Below, one piece after another: positions 1 through 14,060 of a DNA stretch of 64,000 nt. Under the pieces are notes generated by a model. It did not search any database, had not been told where the DNA came from, and was given only the letters and a program-made list of their open reading frames with translations. Numbering within the stretch: position 1 is the first letter of the stretch; each line of letters opens with the position of its first letter. The translations under genes and the position numbers were made by a program. This DNA is from Octopus vulgaris (Eukaryota): the NCBI GenBank assembly GCA_951406725.2, contig OX597843.1, forward strand, positions 17,794,001 to 17,858,000, read 5' to 3'.

Positions 1-486
1 GAAGAAATAAGACATTAGGAGTAGTCAGTTGGATATAAGTAAATGTCTATAAAAAGAGGCAGGGTAGGGGTAGACTTTAAATCATAATGTTAACTACCAG
101 TTAAAGGGGCAAGACGCTAAGAAACCTAAGAGGAAATTCTATTCATGTACTTAATTACTTATTAGGTGGTTTCTATAAACACTGCTCAAGGCATTTACAT
201 TTGGAATAACTGGAAAGATATATATGCTATCTATTAGTTTTAAGCCATGAATCAGAAAAGTGTATAAATGCATACAGATACATATACACATATATATGTG
301 CATATATGCATATATACACAAATATTTATACGTTTATATGGATATAGTATAACTATCTCGCATAGACTTAGTAACTGAAAAATATCTATTTACGAACAAG
401 AAAAATAACAATTTATAATGGATAAGAGAGTTTGATAAGTATGGATATCAAAATAAGGAAACAAAATAATAAGAATTTATAGAAAA

Positions 487-882
487 TTAGCAGTATCGCC
501 CGGCGTTGCTCGGGTTTGTAAGGGAAATAACTATATAAGCATTTTTAGAGAGTTATAGCCAAATAATAGCAAAAAATGCATTAAAAATGGAAAAAAATGA
601 TGGTGAATTTTTTTTAAATCGTTGACTCCTCGTAGACATTTTAGAGAGTTACTTCCCTTATATAATAGCGAAAAAATGCATTAAAATGGAAAAAATGATG
701 GTAAATTATTTTTTAAATCGTAGACTCATCGTAGACGCGCGCTAATACCCAGAAGGGCTCGATATGAATCACGACTATAAGATACCCGGTTTTGGTTAAA
801 CTGCACCGCAAAATGTAGGAGTAGTTAGGAATCTAAATCGTAGGAGACAGACACCACACAACCTCACTTTTATATATAAAGA
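487..882 (-). mobile_element. Non-autonomous Helitron, copy 1
   Basis: Minus strand reads A|TCTTTATATATAAAA...CCCGAGCAACGCCGGG hairpin...CTAA|T: 5' TC, subterminal hairpin, 3' CTRR, A/T insertion site. Homologous to 1730-2033. Confidence 0.8.
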
Positions 883-1050
883 TAATAAGAAATACATATA
901 ACTTAGATATAAAGAGACGGGGGTTAAAATTAGAGGTAGGGAAGAGATAAAGGTAACCCGAAAAGAGGGGGTAATAGGTATGGAAGTAGTGAGGGCAGTT
1001 AAAGGTATTCAGACCGGAGAGATTTTATAAGTTGTAATGTTACAGGTGTT

Positions 1051-1275
1051 ATTACTCTTTATTCTTTACTCTTTTACTTGTTTCAGTCATTTGACTGCGG
1101 CCATGTTGGAGCACCGCCTTTTTAGTCGAGCAAATCGACCCCGGGACTTGTTCTTTGTAAGCCCAGTACTTATTCTATCGGTCCCTTTTGCCGAACCGCT
1201 AGGTGATGGGGACGTAAACACACCAGCATCGGTTGTCAAGCAATGCTAGGGGGACAAACACAAACACACAAACAT

Positions 1276-1314
<39 letters not shown>

Positions 1315-1483
1315 CATATACGACAGGCTTCTTTCAGTTTCCGTCTACCAAATCCATTCACAAGGCTTTGGTCGGCCCGGGGCTATAGCAAAAGACACTT
1401 GCCCAAGGAGCCACGCAGTTGGACTGAATCCGGAACCATGTGGTTGGTTAGAAAGCTACTTACCACACAGCCACTCCTGCGCC
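1051..1483 (-). mobile_element. tRNA-derived CORE-type SINE (family 1), full length
   Basis: Minus strand GGCGCAGGAGTGGCTGTGTGG (A box), GGTTCAGTCC-type B box, CORE-like CCTTGGGCAAGT, internal (TA)/(TG) tract, AGTAAAAG tail; many copies in window. Confidence 0.9.
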
Positions 1484-1729
1484 TTTTGTATGAATGATTT
1501 TATAGTTTCTTGGTGGGTATATGATTTAGTCAAAAGGAGACTTACATAAAGTTACTACAAGTATACATGCTATGATCTGTCGGGTAGAACTTCATAGAAA
1601 GGAAAACAGTGTATTCACCAAAATAGGATGAAGTCAGACTAACCAGGCAGGGGTTCTCACGGGATAGTATTATGTATAGTACACCACATACCACAACAAA
1701 TAGCTTGTAAGATATGTAATGCAATATAA

Positions 1730-2033
1730 TCTTTATATATAAAATTGAAGTTGTGTGTGTGTCTGTCTACTCCGATCTAGATTCCTAAGTACTCCCACAT
1801 TTTGTGGTGCAGTTTAACCAAAAGCGGGTATCTTATAGTCGTGATTCATATCGAGCCCTTCTGGGTATTAGCGCACGTCTACGATGAGCCTACGATTTAA
1901 AAAAAAATTACCATCATTTTTCCGCATTTTTAATGCTTTTTTTGCTCGGTTTATATAAGGGAAGTAACTCTCTAAAAATGCTTATATAGTTATTTCCCTT
2001 ACAAACCCAAGCAACGCCGGGTGATACTGCTAG
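1730..2033 (+). mobile_element. Non-autonomous Helitron, copy 2
   Basis: A|TC at 1730, CCCAAGCAACGCCGGG hairpin, CTAG|T at 2030-2034. Confidence 0.85.
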
Positions 2034-2179
2034 TTCACTATATAATATAACATGGTTTTTAAAATACTTAACACTGGAGGGTAAGTTTACAACGGATGCG
2101 ACACCAAAATTAATTTCCACCATCAAAGTTCAAGTATGACACCTATAATCGTTAGTTTGGAAAATACTTAAACGCACGT

Positions 2180-2290
2180 GGAGGCGCAATGGCCCAGCGG
2201 TAAGGATAGCGTACTCACAGTCGTAGGATCGCGGTTTCGATTCCCAGACCGGACGTTGTTTGTGTTTATTGTGCGAAAACACCTAAACTT
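2180..2290 (+). mobile_element. tRNA-derived SINE head (separate family), truncated
   Basis: TGGCCCAGCGGTAAGG A box and GGTTTCGATTCC B box; resembles heads at 58437 and 59679. Confidence 0.6.
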
Positions 2291-2384
2291 TAGTTGTTGT
2301 CTCAATGGTCTTGTGGGTAAAGACATGGACACAGCAACACACATATACCCCTTGGACAAAGGTTCAATCCTTGTAAAAGTATTG

Positions 2385-2508
2385 ACCGATAGAATAAGTA
2401 CTGGGCTTACAAAAGAATAAGTCCCGGGGTCGAGTTGCTCGATTAAAGGCTGTGCTCCAGCATGGCCGAAGTCAAATGACTGAAACAAGTAAAAGAGAGT
2501 AAAAGAGA
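2385..2508 (+). mobile_element. SINE family 1, 3' fragment
   Basis: GACCGATAGAATAAGTACTGGG...GACTGAAACAAGTAAAAGAG matches family 1 tail. Confidence 0.85.
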
Positions 2509-2778
2509 GCACGGGTGAGGCTATGCATTCATGGATACCCTTAGGCCTAATCTATTATTAATCAGGTTGTTCTTGTCCCTTTATATGAAGGGTTACTATC
2601 TCTAATTCTTTATTGACTCGAATGGGAAAATGTGTCGCTCAAGAACGACTTCAGTTTGAACAATGTTCATGGTGTCTCATATTTAGATGGCTTTATTAAA
2701 TTTATTGATGTTAAACATAAATAAATCTTGGAATTAAATGGTTTTGATTCACTGTCAGCTGACTTTTGACTAACCCTG

Positions 2779-2844
<66 letters not shown>

Positions 2845-3055
2845 GATAAAGGATAAAATTTTTTTCGGGAAAAAATATTATCAATGGCCAGCATATCAAA
2901 AAATGCCCTTAAAGGTAAAATTTATACATAATTTACAAGATAAGGGCAGAAGAAAAATTCTAATGCCAGATACGCCGAAAACAAAAAATTGTCGATAACC
3001 ATTAAATTTATGCGTCTCGAAACAAACCGATAGAAATCTCTAAAAAATTCGTTAT

Positions 3056-3114
3056 TACCGTATTGGTCCAATTTCGGGGTTAATTCACAAGAAATTTTCC
3101 CCTCTTCAGCGGCA
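3056..3114 (-). ncRNA. Type I hammerhead ribozyme, canonical core, in (TA)n-flanked insert 2841-3163
   Basis: tgccg CTGAAGA gggg-19nt-cccc GAAA ttgg-a-ccaa TA cggta: all three stems pair and the core is canonical. Confidence 0.85.
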
Positions 3115-3892
3115 CATACGCAAGATATAAATGAAGCAAGCACCAAGTCCCGAGCAGACTAAGTATATATATATATATATATATACATGTACATATACAC
3201 ACATATATACTATTTGTTTTCGTACTTCATGTTATTTACACAGCTTGTGACGTCCTGTACCCATATGCATTAATATATATATTTTAATGGAAAAAGCTAC
3301 TTATTAATTAGGTATCTAACAATTACTAAAAGAAAGCAATTATTAAAGGCTTGACTATCTGGAAATATTTTTTATAAATTCTTGTTCCAAGACATTACTT
3401 ATAGTTTCGATTTCTGAAGGGCAGTGAATATTTGAGCTACAAGTTTTCACAAATTTAAAAATTCGTTGCATTGTCTGTGGAGTGGATCTGATAAACAATA
3501 TTAATTGGTTACAGGCGAAATTTTCCGTTTTCATTTGCAACAGTCCTTCACTCTCTCTCTTGTCTCTATTTTCATTAATGATAATTTAATATATATTCAT
3601 TTCAATGTTTTCATTACAAGATTTAATTCACTATTTGCAAAACCCACAGTTTATTCTATATACCTAATGTAAAAAAATTATTTATTAAATGAATAAAATA
3701 GCTGCATAATTTTGAGGCTTATTTTTGATAAAATGGAAAATTTTTAATATACCGGTACAATTTTCTTTTAAATTAAGAAGTGATTTTGTTGGTATGGTTG
3801 TTTGGAACGCTATAAGTCTTACAATAATAACTATGTGATCGCTGCTATTTCTAGCACGCTAAACCTTGAAGTTTGTTTAAATTACAGATATA

Positions 3893-4291
3893 GTCTTTTC
3901 TACTCAAGGCACAAGGTCCGAAATTTTGGGAGAATGGGCCAGTCGATTAGATCGATCCCAGTACGCAACTGGTACTTAAATTTATCGATCTCGAAAGGAT
4001 GATAGGCAAAGTCAACCTCTGCGGAATTTGAACTCAGAACGTAATGACAGACGAAATACCTATTTCTTTATTACTCACAAGGGGCTAAACACAGAGGGGA
4101 CAAACAAGGACAGACATAGGTATTAAGTCGATTATATCGACCCCAGTGCGTAACTGGTACTTATTTAATCGACCCCGAAAGGATGAAAGGCAAAGTCGAC
4201 CTCGGCGGAATTTGAACTCAGAACGTAACGGCAGACGAAATACGGCTACGCATTTCGTCCGGCGTGCTAACGTCTCTGCCAGCTCGTCGCC
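3893..4291 (-). mobile_element. tRNA-derived SINE family 2 (Meta/MESC-like core), internally duplicated
   Basis: Core GCCTTTCATCCTTTCGGGGTCGAT-AAT-AGTACCAG twice, 184 bp apart; 16-bp TSD TTAAATTACAGATATA at 3877 and 4292. Confidence 0.85.
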
Positions 4292-4611
4292 TTAAATTAC
4301 AGATATATTACAACTATGATAAACTCCCGAAGGAAATATTTACTAAGCAAGTAAGATGTTTTTTTTATAAATTGAAGTTTTCAGGAGAATTTACTTTCTC
4401 AACTTGCTTTTATTATTAAATACACCAAGTTCACAAATTGAAATACTCAGTAGAAGATAGTTTTTAACGAGCTTTTCATTTCATATTTATTTCAGTCATT
4501 GCAATGTTCTCTCCCCCACCCCCGCCCTCTATCTCTTTGTCAGACACCCACGCACCAATATAATCACGCACACACTCCAGATTTGACTCGCAGAAAACTG
4601 CAGTATTTCTG

Positions 4612-4667
<56 letters not shown>

Positions 4668-4670
4668 CAT

Positions 4671-5650
<980 letters not shown>

Positions 5651-5680
5651 CATATATGTATACGTTGGGTGGGGCATTAT

Positions 5681-5868
5681 GCCGGTAATAATAAACACAC
5701 GCCCTGGTTCGGTCCTTTATTGGCTTTTGGTGCGAAATGCATTCTTGTTTATATCGCTAGCGGGAGATAAATCTCCAGCGCCGAGACCACCAGATCTCGG
5801 GATTTCGACATTCTCTGGTCTCGTTAATGATGGGCACTTGACGTTTAGAAGTAGCCACGTCTCATCTC
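5681..5868 (+). mobile_element. Short dispersed repeat, block-permuted relative to 9649-9851
   Basis: Shares both blocks with 9649-9851 (minus) in swapped order; contains GAAA-tgca-TT (possible HHR 3' half). Confidence 0.65.
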
Positions 5869-6754
5869 AGCGCCAGCGATATATAGAAAATCAGTACCAG
5901 AAGAAGCACTAGTACCACAACTTGCAAGTGAGCTTGTTTTTTAGATTTTCTAAAGAATTCAAAGCCGGTCCTCCAAGTAACGACGTTTAGTATACGAATA
6001 GGTAAATGCAAAACATGCGATTGAAGATAGAAAAAATGGGTAATGGATGTATCAGCATATTTCAAGAGTTATTGCTTCTTCGGTAATGGGGGAAATAGTA
6101 AGACGAAGACGTATTCGTATACGAAACGTCGTAATTTGCAGAGCTAGTTCTGAATTCTATAGAAAATCTATAGAAATAAACTTAAGAGTATTGCACTGCT
6201 AACACAAGGTAAAAATATTGCACTGCTAACACAAGGTAAGGCACAATATTGACTTGTAAATGGTTAATATACTTGCTAGTATATCATTTCCATGCTAGCA
6301 ATTAATAAAACTAGGATTGCTCCCCAACAACTGATCCTTCATTTTAGGGGCCAACGGATATTTCAGCCCCAACAATTGTTGATAATCTACAAAGACTAAT
6401 TTTATCAAAATCCACTGCGGACACCACGGGAGTGCAGAGGCAAAGAAAAATAGAACGGACCGGAGAGGGAGCAGAATTTGTTAAGACTGTCGCACTGTGC
6501 TCCGGACAATTCGTCACAGCTCGTTGGAGTGTCCAGTATATTAGAAGGGTGCAGAAAAAAAACTGGACAATGGAGAAAGAGGGAGAGAGATAGAGTGAGA
6601 CATAGACAAACAGGCACACAGACAGACAGACAGATATTGATTGCTTCGAGCCCCTCAAGACGTGGTTAGACTGCTGGATCAACCCTGGTTTGGGGCTACG
6701 CAACAACACCACCAACACAACCACCCCCGCTGACGTCTCAACAACTACCTCACG

Positions 6755-7110
6755 CACCACCACCACCACCACCACCAAAACCACGGCTACCACCACCACC
6801 ACCACCACCACGGCTACCACCACCACCACCACCACCACCACGGCTACCACCACCACCACCACCACCACCACCACCACCACCACCACCACCACTACCACCA
6901 CCACCACCACCACCACCACCACTACCGCCACCATCATCACCAGTGTTACCAGCACCATCTTCATCCCTACTATAGTCAGAGCCACCACCCATCGCCACCA
7001 CCACTACCTCCACATTCGTCAGCGTCGTCAACCCCACCATCATCACCACCATCATCACCATCACCACCACCATCACAGGCGCCACCACCATCACAGGCGC
7101 CACCACCAAC
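6755..7110. repeat. (CAC)n / (CAT)n low-complexity tract
   Basis: Direct reading; source of poly-T, -V, -G and -H ORFs. Confidence 0.95.
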
Positions 7111-7437
7111 AACAACGCCCCTCCAAACCCACCTGTCCCCCCTTCCCACCACCCGCCGTCGAGCAGGTGGCTAGGGTTAAGTGACAATTGACCTCCCCCT
7201 CCCAGAAACAACTGTCACAGAGCAGCAGGGGTCAGGCCCGACCGACCCCTTCCATCGCCGTCTTCGAGTGACGTCACCTTTCTAAAACGTCTCATGCATG
7301 CAGTCAGGCGTGCGCGAGCAGTCGTAGTCGGTGAGGGCGACTGTAAAAAGACATCGGCTGTTAGATAGAACGCATGCTTGCACAAGCATGCGTGCGAATC
7401 CACTCACATATAAGCACACATACATACAAACATATAA

Positions 7438-7466
<29 letters not shown>

Positions 7467-7468
<2 letters not shown>

Positions 7469-7870
7469 CTCTTTACTCTTTTACTTGTTTCAGTCATTTG
7501 ACAGCGGCCATGCTGGAGCACCGCCTTTAGTCGAGCAAATCGACCCCGGGACTTATTCTTTGTAAGCCCAGTACTTATTCTATCAGTCTCTTTTGCCGAA
7601 CCGCTAAGTGACGGGGACGTAAACACACCAGCATCGGTTGTCAAGCAATGCTAGGGGGACAAACACAGACACACAAACATATACATACACACATACATAC
7701 ATATATACGACGGACTTCTTTCAGTTTCCGTCTACCAAATCCACTCACAAGGCTTTGGTCGGCCCGGGGCTATAGCAGAAGACACTTGCCCAAGATGCCA
7801 CGCAGTGAGACTGAACCCGGAACCATGTGGTTGGTTAGCAAGCTACTTACCACACAGCCACTCCTGCGCC
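7467..7870 (-). mobile_element. SINE family 1, full length
   Basis: Same A/B box, CORE and tail as 1051-1483. Confidence 0.9.
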
Positions 7871-7884
7871 TATATATATATATT

Positions 7885-8049
<165 letters not shown>

Positions 8050-8167
8050 GTATATACATATACATATATAATAAGTCCTGGAGTCGATTTGCTCGACTAA
8101 AGGCGGTGCTCCAGCATGGCCACAAACAAACGACTGAAACAAAAGAATATATATATATATATATATA

Positions 8168-8542
8168 TAATATATATTCTTTTGTTTCAGTCGTTTGTTT
8201 GTGGCCATGCTGGAGCACCGAATATATATTCTTTTGTTTGTCATGCTGGAGCACCGTTTGTTTGTGGCCATGCTGGAGCACCGAATATATATTCTTTTGT
8301 TTCAGTCGTTTGTTTGTGGCCATGCTGGAGCACCGAATATATATTCTTTTGTTTCAGTCGTTTGTTTGTGGCCATGCTGGAGCACCGAATATATATTCTT
8401 TTGTTTCAGTCGTTTGTTTGTGGCCATGCTGGAGCACCGAATATATATTCTTTTGTTTCAGTCGTTTGTTTGTGGCCATGCTGGAGCACCGAATATATAT
8501 TCTTTTGTTTCAGTCGTTTGTTTGTGGCCATGCTGGAGCACC
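8168..8542. repeat. 52-bp minisatellite derived from SINE family 1 tail
   Basis: Unit GAATATATATTCTTTTGTTTCAGTCGTTTGTTTGTGGCCATGCTGGAGCACC at 8283, 8335, 8387, 8439, 8491 plus partial copies. Confidence 0.9.
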
Positions 8543-8676
8543 GCCTTTAGTCGAGCAAATCGACTCCAGGACTTATTCTTTGTAAGCCTAGTACTTATTC
8601 TATCGGTCTCTTTTGCCGAATCGCTAAGTTCATTATTGTTCGTGTTGTCATTTCTTTTTTTTGGGGGGAGGGGGGA

Positions 8677-9072
8677 TAATTATTTCATCGCATTGTTGCA
8701 ATCCCTTCAGTGGCACTTCCATTGCTTTTGAACTTACGTTCCAGCGTTGGGATTTCTCCGAGATCTGTCCGAGATGAGTGTGTGAGTGTGTGTATGCATG
8801 TGTGTGTGTGTGTTTATATGACATCCGTATGTGTGTGTGCGTTTCAAATACTGACTTACGTCATTTTTAATAAGTCAGTATTTAAACACACACACACACT
8901 CACACACACACACACATACAGATGCACACACTTACGTATAAACACACACACTCTCACATACTCATCTCGGACAGATCTCGGAGAAATCCCAACGCTGGAA
9001 CAGAAGTTCAAAAGCAATGGAAGCAGAGAGTCGTGATTCTGAAGAGATTGCAACGATGCGATGAAATAATTA
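8677..9072. repeat. Fold-back element with partial HHRs at both outer ends
   Basis: 8677-8790 is the reverse complement of about 8950-9072; right arm CTGAAGA g attgca-acga-tgcgat GAAA taatta. Confidence 0.8.
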
Positions 9073-9282
9073 CTCTTTACTCTTTTACTTGTTTCAGTCA
9101 TTTGACTGCGGCCATGCTGGAGCACAGCCTTTAATCGAGCAACTCGACCCCGGGACTTATTCTTTTGTAAGCCCAGTACTTATTCTATCGGTCTCTTTTT
9201 GCCGAACCGCTAAGTGACGGGGACATAAACACACCAGCATGGGTTGTCAAGCAATGCTAGGGGGACAAACACAGACACACAA

Positions 9283-9313
<31 letters not shown>

Positions 9314-9484
9314 CATATATACGACGGGCTTCTTTCAGTTTCCGTCTACCAAATCCACTCACAAGGCTTTGATCGGCCCGAGGCTATAGTAGAAGACACT
9401 TGCCCAAGGTGCCACGCAGTGGGACTGAACCCGGAACCTTGTGGTTGGAAAACAAGCTACTTACCACACACCCACTCCTGCGCC
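9071..9484 (-). mobile_element. SINE family 1, full length
   Basis: Family consensus match. Confidence 0.9.
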
Positions 9485-9648
9485 TTTCAAAAAAAAAAGA
9501 AATAACAACACGAACAATAATGAACATTTGAAATATCCATTTAACAGTTTGACCAAAGAGTTTAACATATGAGATTGAGAAACTAGTAAAAAAAACGGCT
9601 AATCGATAAATTTGTTAGCGGAGTAACTAACCCATTAACCAACAATAA

Positions 9649-9851
9649 CAATAAAGGACTGAACCAGTGCGTGCGTTTATTATTACCAGCAGGGAGATGA
9701 GAGACGCGGCTGCCTCGAACCGTCGAGTGCCCATCATTAACGAGACCAGAGAATGTCGAAATCACGAGACCTAGTGGTCTCGGCACTGGAAATGGCGGCG
9801 ATTTATCTCCCGCTAGCGATATAAACAAGAATGCATTTCGCACCAAAAGCC
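9649..9851 (-). mobile_element. Short dispersed repeat (partner of 5681-5868)
   Basis: Reverse-complement similarity to 5681-5868. Confidence 0.65.
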
Positions 9852-9944
9852 TATATAAGCGTTCCTCTTATGGTATCTACCTCAGTATAGTTGGTCTAAC
9901 AGAACATCCACATTAAAGTAGGTATATGTATTACCTCTCGGTAA

Positions 9945-10361
9945 GGCGGCTAGCTGGCAGAACCGTTAGCACGCCGGGCGAAATGCTTAGCAATATTTCG
10001 TCTGCCGCTACGTTCTGAGTTCAAATTCCGCCGAGGTCGACTTTGCCTTTCATCCTTTCGGGGTGGATTAAATAAGTACCAGTTACGCACTGGGGTCGAT
10101 ATAATCGACTTAATCCGTTTGTCTGTCCTTGTTTGTCCCCTCTGTGTTTAGCCCCTTGTGGGTAGTAAAGAAATAGGTATTTCGTCTGCCGCTACGTTCT
10201 GAGTTCAAATTCCGCCGAGGTCGACTTTGCCTTTCATTCTTTCGGGGTCGATTAAATAAGTACCAGTTACGCACTGGGGTCGATATAATCGACTGAATCC
10301 GTTTGTCTGTCCTTGTTTGTCCCCTCTGTGTTTAACCCCTTGTGGGTAGTAAAGAAATAGG
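9945..10361 (+). mobile_element. SINE family 2, head plus two 184-bp units
   Basis: CTGAGTTC B box at 10015 and 10199; tail ends AAAGAAATAGG. Confidence 0.9.
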
Positions 10362-11024
10362 TACTAATATTGTTTATGTCGCTCATATATATTTTCTGAA
10401 AATGTAATCCTAGCTATGTTAAGGCCGTGCTTTTACCGCCATAATAGTAAGGTCCAACAATTGAAGGGGTTTTCAGGGATGTGGCTATTTAATGTTAATG
10501 ATTTCGTTGCAGTAGCGTTGGCAAGTTGGCGACAATGATAGCGGAACTTTTCGAGCAACGCTTTTAAACTTTGGGGGTTAGCTTTATAACTCTGTGTAGG
10601 AGATTGAAGTGAGGCAAAAATCAAGGGCTGACCCCGCCAGGCGCACGCTCTAGCCACTCCGTCTTTTATTATTCGGGGCCCTGTTAAACCTGGCATCGTC
10701 TATCTTGGATCTAATGGATTCTTCGTACATCATTTTTTGTTTCTTTTTATTGTTTTTTTTTTTTTAAATTCATTTTCCTTTATAATTTTATTTCACTATC
10801 GTCATTGTTGTCTGTATTTGTACGGTTGCTTCGAGACCCTGCACTGCCACATATCTGTCTGTGTATGTGGTATGTGTGTGTGTGTGTGTGTATGTATGAG
10901 TGTGTGTGTGTGTGTGTGTGTGTGTGCGTATGTATATTTATACGCGAGCGTACAGTTACACACACAATATAGGTTTTGTGATGTAAACATGAGAATAGAA
11001 CTCAAAACATGAGTATATGTGTGT

Positions 11025-11087
<63 letters not shown>

Positions 11088-11302
11088 TATGTATTGACAC
11101 ATATATGCATATATGTTTTTTAATAAATAATCGAAAAAAGTTACTGAGCGGCTCAATGGCCGAGTGTCTTGTGCATTGGTACATCATATACATACATATA
11201 TATACATAAAATGTGTGTGTTTGTCTCCCTAATTATAAATATGCACACACTCACATAAATATATATATGTATTTTACATAGACACCCTCCACACACACAC
11301 AG

Positions 11303-11342
<40 letters not shown>

Positions 11343-11347
<5 letters not shown>

Positions 11348-12484
11348 TACTTGGAGGAGATGAAACGAAACGAAACGAATCGAATCGAATCGTGTTCTGT
11401 CTTCACCTTCGAAACACGCTGGAGTTGAACTAGGGACAGCTGATGAAGGGGAATTTTCCTTGTGTAGTTTGTCTTGTACTCTGTTTTTTCGTTGTTAAAA
11501 AAGGTCCGTTTCCATGTTTGTTTTTACGTTTTCGTTTCTCGTTGAGTTCTACGTCTGTTTGTGGTGTCCTGTACTTACGTATATATATTTATATATGCAT
11601 GTATATATACATGTAGATGTAGGTACGTACATATATGTATGTATGTATGCATATATTTGATTTATTACACTATTGTATGACTGAGCGCCCTCGCGTCGAT
11701 TCGATTCGTTTCGTTTCATCTCCTACAAGTAAGTTTTTATATATAATTATGACGCGAAACTCTATAACCCTTTGCTTGACCTTCACTTCCTTCCCTATCT
11801 CTCTCTCTCACTCCTCCTCATCTCTCTCACAGCCGCTTGTCTTCCTCTATCTCTCTCTCTCTCTCTCACTCACTCCTCCTCATCTCTCTCACAACTGGGC
11901 GACTACTTCCTTTCGCCTGCGGCCTTCTAACAGTGAACACATGTTCTTCCAGCGCTCTTAAGAATCTTTCCTCGTCTAGGCCAAAAAAGGCCCTCATTGT
12001 TTGTTTTCTTGTTTGTTTTTATTTCTTGTACTGTATTTTTTTGTAATTGTATTTTTATTTTGTATTTTATTTTGTAATTTTATTTGTATCGTTTTTACGT
12101 CCTGTTTTTGTTACATTTTTTTCTTTCCTTGTTTTTACCCGTCTGCGAAGTAATTTTATTTAATTCTTTCGCAGGAAGGGCTAGTTCGACGAGTCGTGTT
12201 CTGTCCTCACCTTCGAAACACGCTGGAGTTGAACTAGGGACTGCTGATGAAGGGGAATTTTCCTTGTGTAGTTTGTCTTGTACTCTGTTTTTTCGTTGTT
12301 AAAAAAGGTCCGTTTCCATGTTTGTTTTTACGTTTTCGTTTCTCGTTGAGTTCTACGTCTATTTGTGGTGTACTGTACTCACGTATATATATATATTTAT
12401 ATATGCATGTATATATACATGTAGATGTAGGTACGTACATATATGTATATATGTATGTATGCATATATTTTATTTATTACACTA
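11343..12484. mobile_element. Composite repeat: inverted ends (11343-11392 / 11696-11736) and a direct repeat (11390-11672 / 12194-12484)
   Basis: Direct sequence comparison; TA-flanked; arrangement resembles PLE pseudo-LTRs (inference). Confidence 0.6.
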
Positions 12485-12931
12485 TATATATATATAAATA
12501 TATATATAGATAGATAGATAGATACATACATACATGCATACATATATACATACATACATGCATACATACATACTTACATACATACATTCATACATAGATC
12601 TATTTATGTAACCATTTATATATAGATATATTGTATGTGCGTGTGTGTATATGTGAGTGCGTATTTGCAGATATATTTTTATACGCAGTGCAAAAACACA
12701 AACACAACAACAACAAAAAAAACCCAACTACAACAGCAACAACAAGAGTTGCAAGTTCGTTTAGCTGTCAAACAAAATGGCTACACATATCCGTGGTCCA
12801 GCAGCAACGATACTTCCGGTGATAGATGGCGCCTCTATCGCTATGATTTAGAAACATGGTGCTAAATTAAATGTTGTAATGTTGGAGATTGTGTTTGTTT
12901 CTTGTTTGTGTTGGTTTTGTGACAGCAGGCA

Positions 12932-13054
<123 letters not shown>

Positions 13055-13387
13055 GTATATGTATGAATGTATGTATATATGTATGTATATATATATATAT
13101 AAATATAAAATATATAATATACATAATATACAATATACAATATATAATATATATATATCCGTGGATACATACATACATGGTTTTTGTATGTTTACATATA
13201 CACGTCTGTTAGGATTTACAAAAGGGGAAAATATAAATATATATATGTGTGTGTGTGTATGTGTGTGTGTGTGTGCGTGTGCGCACACGCGCAGACACAC
13301 GGGCATATATACATACACACCCATACAAATGATATATATGTATATTTTATGAACGTTTGTGCGTCTCTGTAGATTTGACAAACGAGA

Positions 13388-13430
<43 letters not shown>

Positions 13431-13479
13431 CGCTGAAAGAGCCGATCAGTGTTGTATGAGTCTATGTGTGTGTGGCGAG

Positions 13480-13520
<41 letters not shown>

Positions 13521-13640
13521 GCACGAATAGACTCTCAAATTATTAGGCAAATATATACAGCGAGAAAGAAGGATGTATATGTTTACACATTTTGTGTGTC
13601 GTATGCTGTCTGCCCAAACACACATATATGCGTGTATATA

Positions 13641-13679
<39 letters not shown>

Positions 13680-13936
13680 TGGTCAACTCATAAACAGCTG
13701 CCGTTGACGATATCATTCATTCACTTTCAAAATTAAAAACCCTAAACCGCCACGTCCAATATCATTGAAGCAGACGACCTGAAATTCTGTCATGCTACCA
13801 ATGGTTATATATCGCCATAACACTCTCTCTCTCACTCAATAACTCATTCACTCTCACCTATCTATCTATCTATCTATCTATCCATCCATCTACCTATCTA
13901 TCTAAATATCTGTCTACCTGTCTGTCTGTCTGTCTG

Positions 13937-13973
<37 letters not shown>

Positions 13974-14024
13974 ATATATACACATATATAAACATATTTT
14001 TCTCTCTTTCCCTCGCTTTCTTAT

Positions 14025-14060
<36 letters not shown>

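Noticed and set aside
3355-3540. Possible GIY-YIG C-terminal relic (LEQEFIK)
   Set aside because: Too short and degraded to support without a search.
6095-6135. GAAGA..gtat/atac GAAA cg TC motif
   Set aside because: Core start and stem I do not fit.
6344-7211. Mucin-like Thr/His-rich or Gly-rich ORFs
   Set aside because: Explained by (CAC)n; open in several frames on both strands; no domain.
8116-8731. CRISPR-like array or repeat protein
   Set aside because: Identical tandem 52-bp SINE-derived units with no unique spacers; eukaryotic context.
10433-10696. 87-aa ORF in non-repeat-looking sequence
   Set aside because: No recognisable homology or splice context.
11400-11460. Type II hammerhead (GAAA upstream of CTGATGA)
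   Set aside because: No UH triplet or stem III, and the putative stem I is not kept in the second copy near 12240.
12810-12842. CTCF/YY1/ETS-like motif cluster
   Set aside because: Short partial matches expected by chance; no supporting context.
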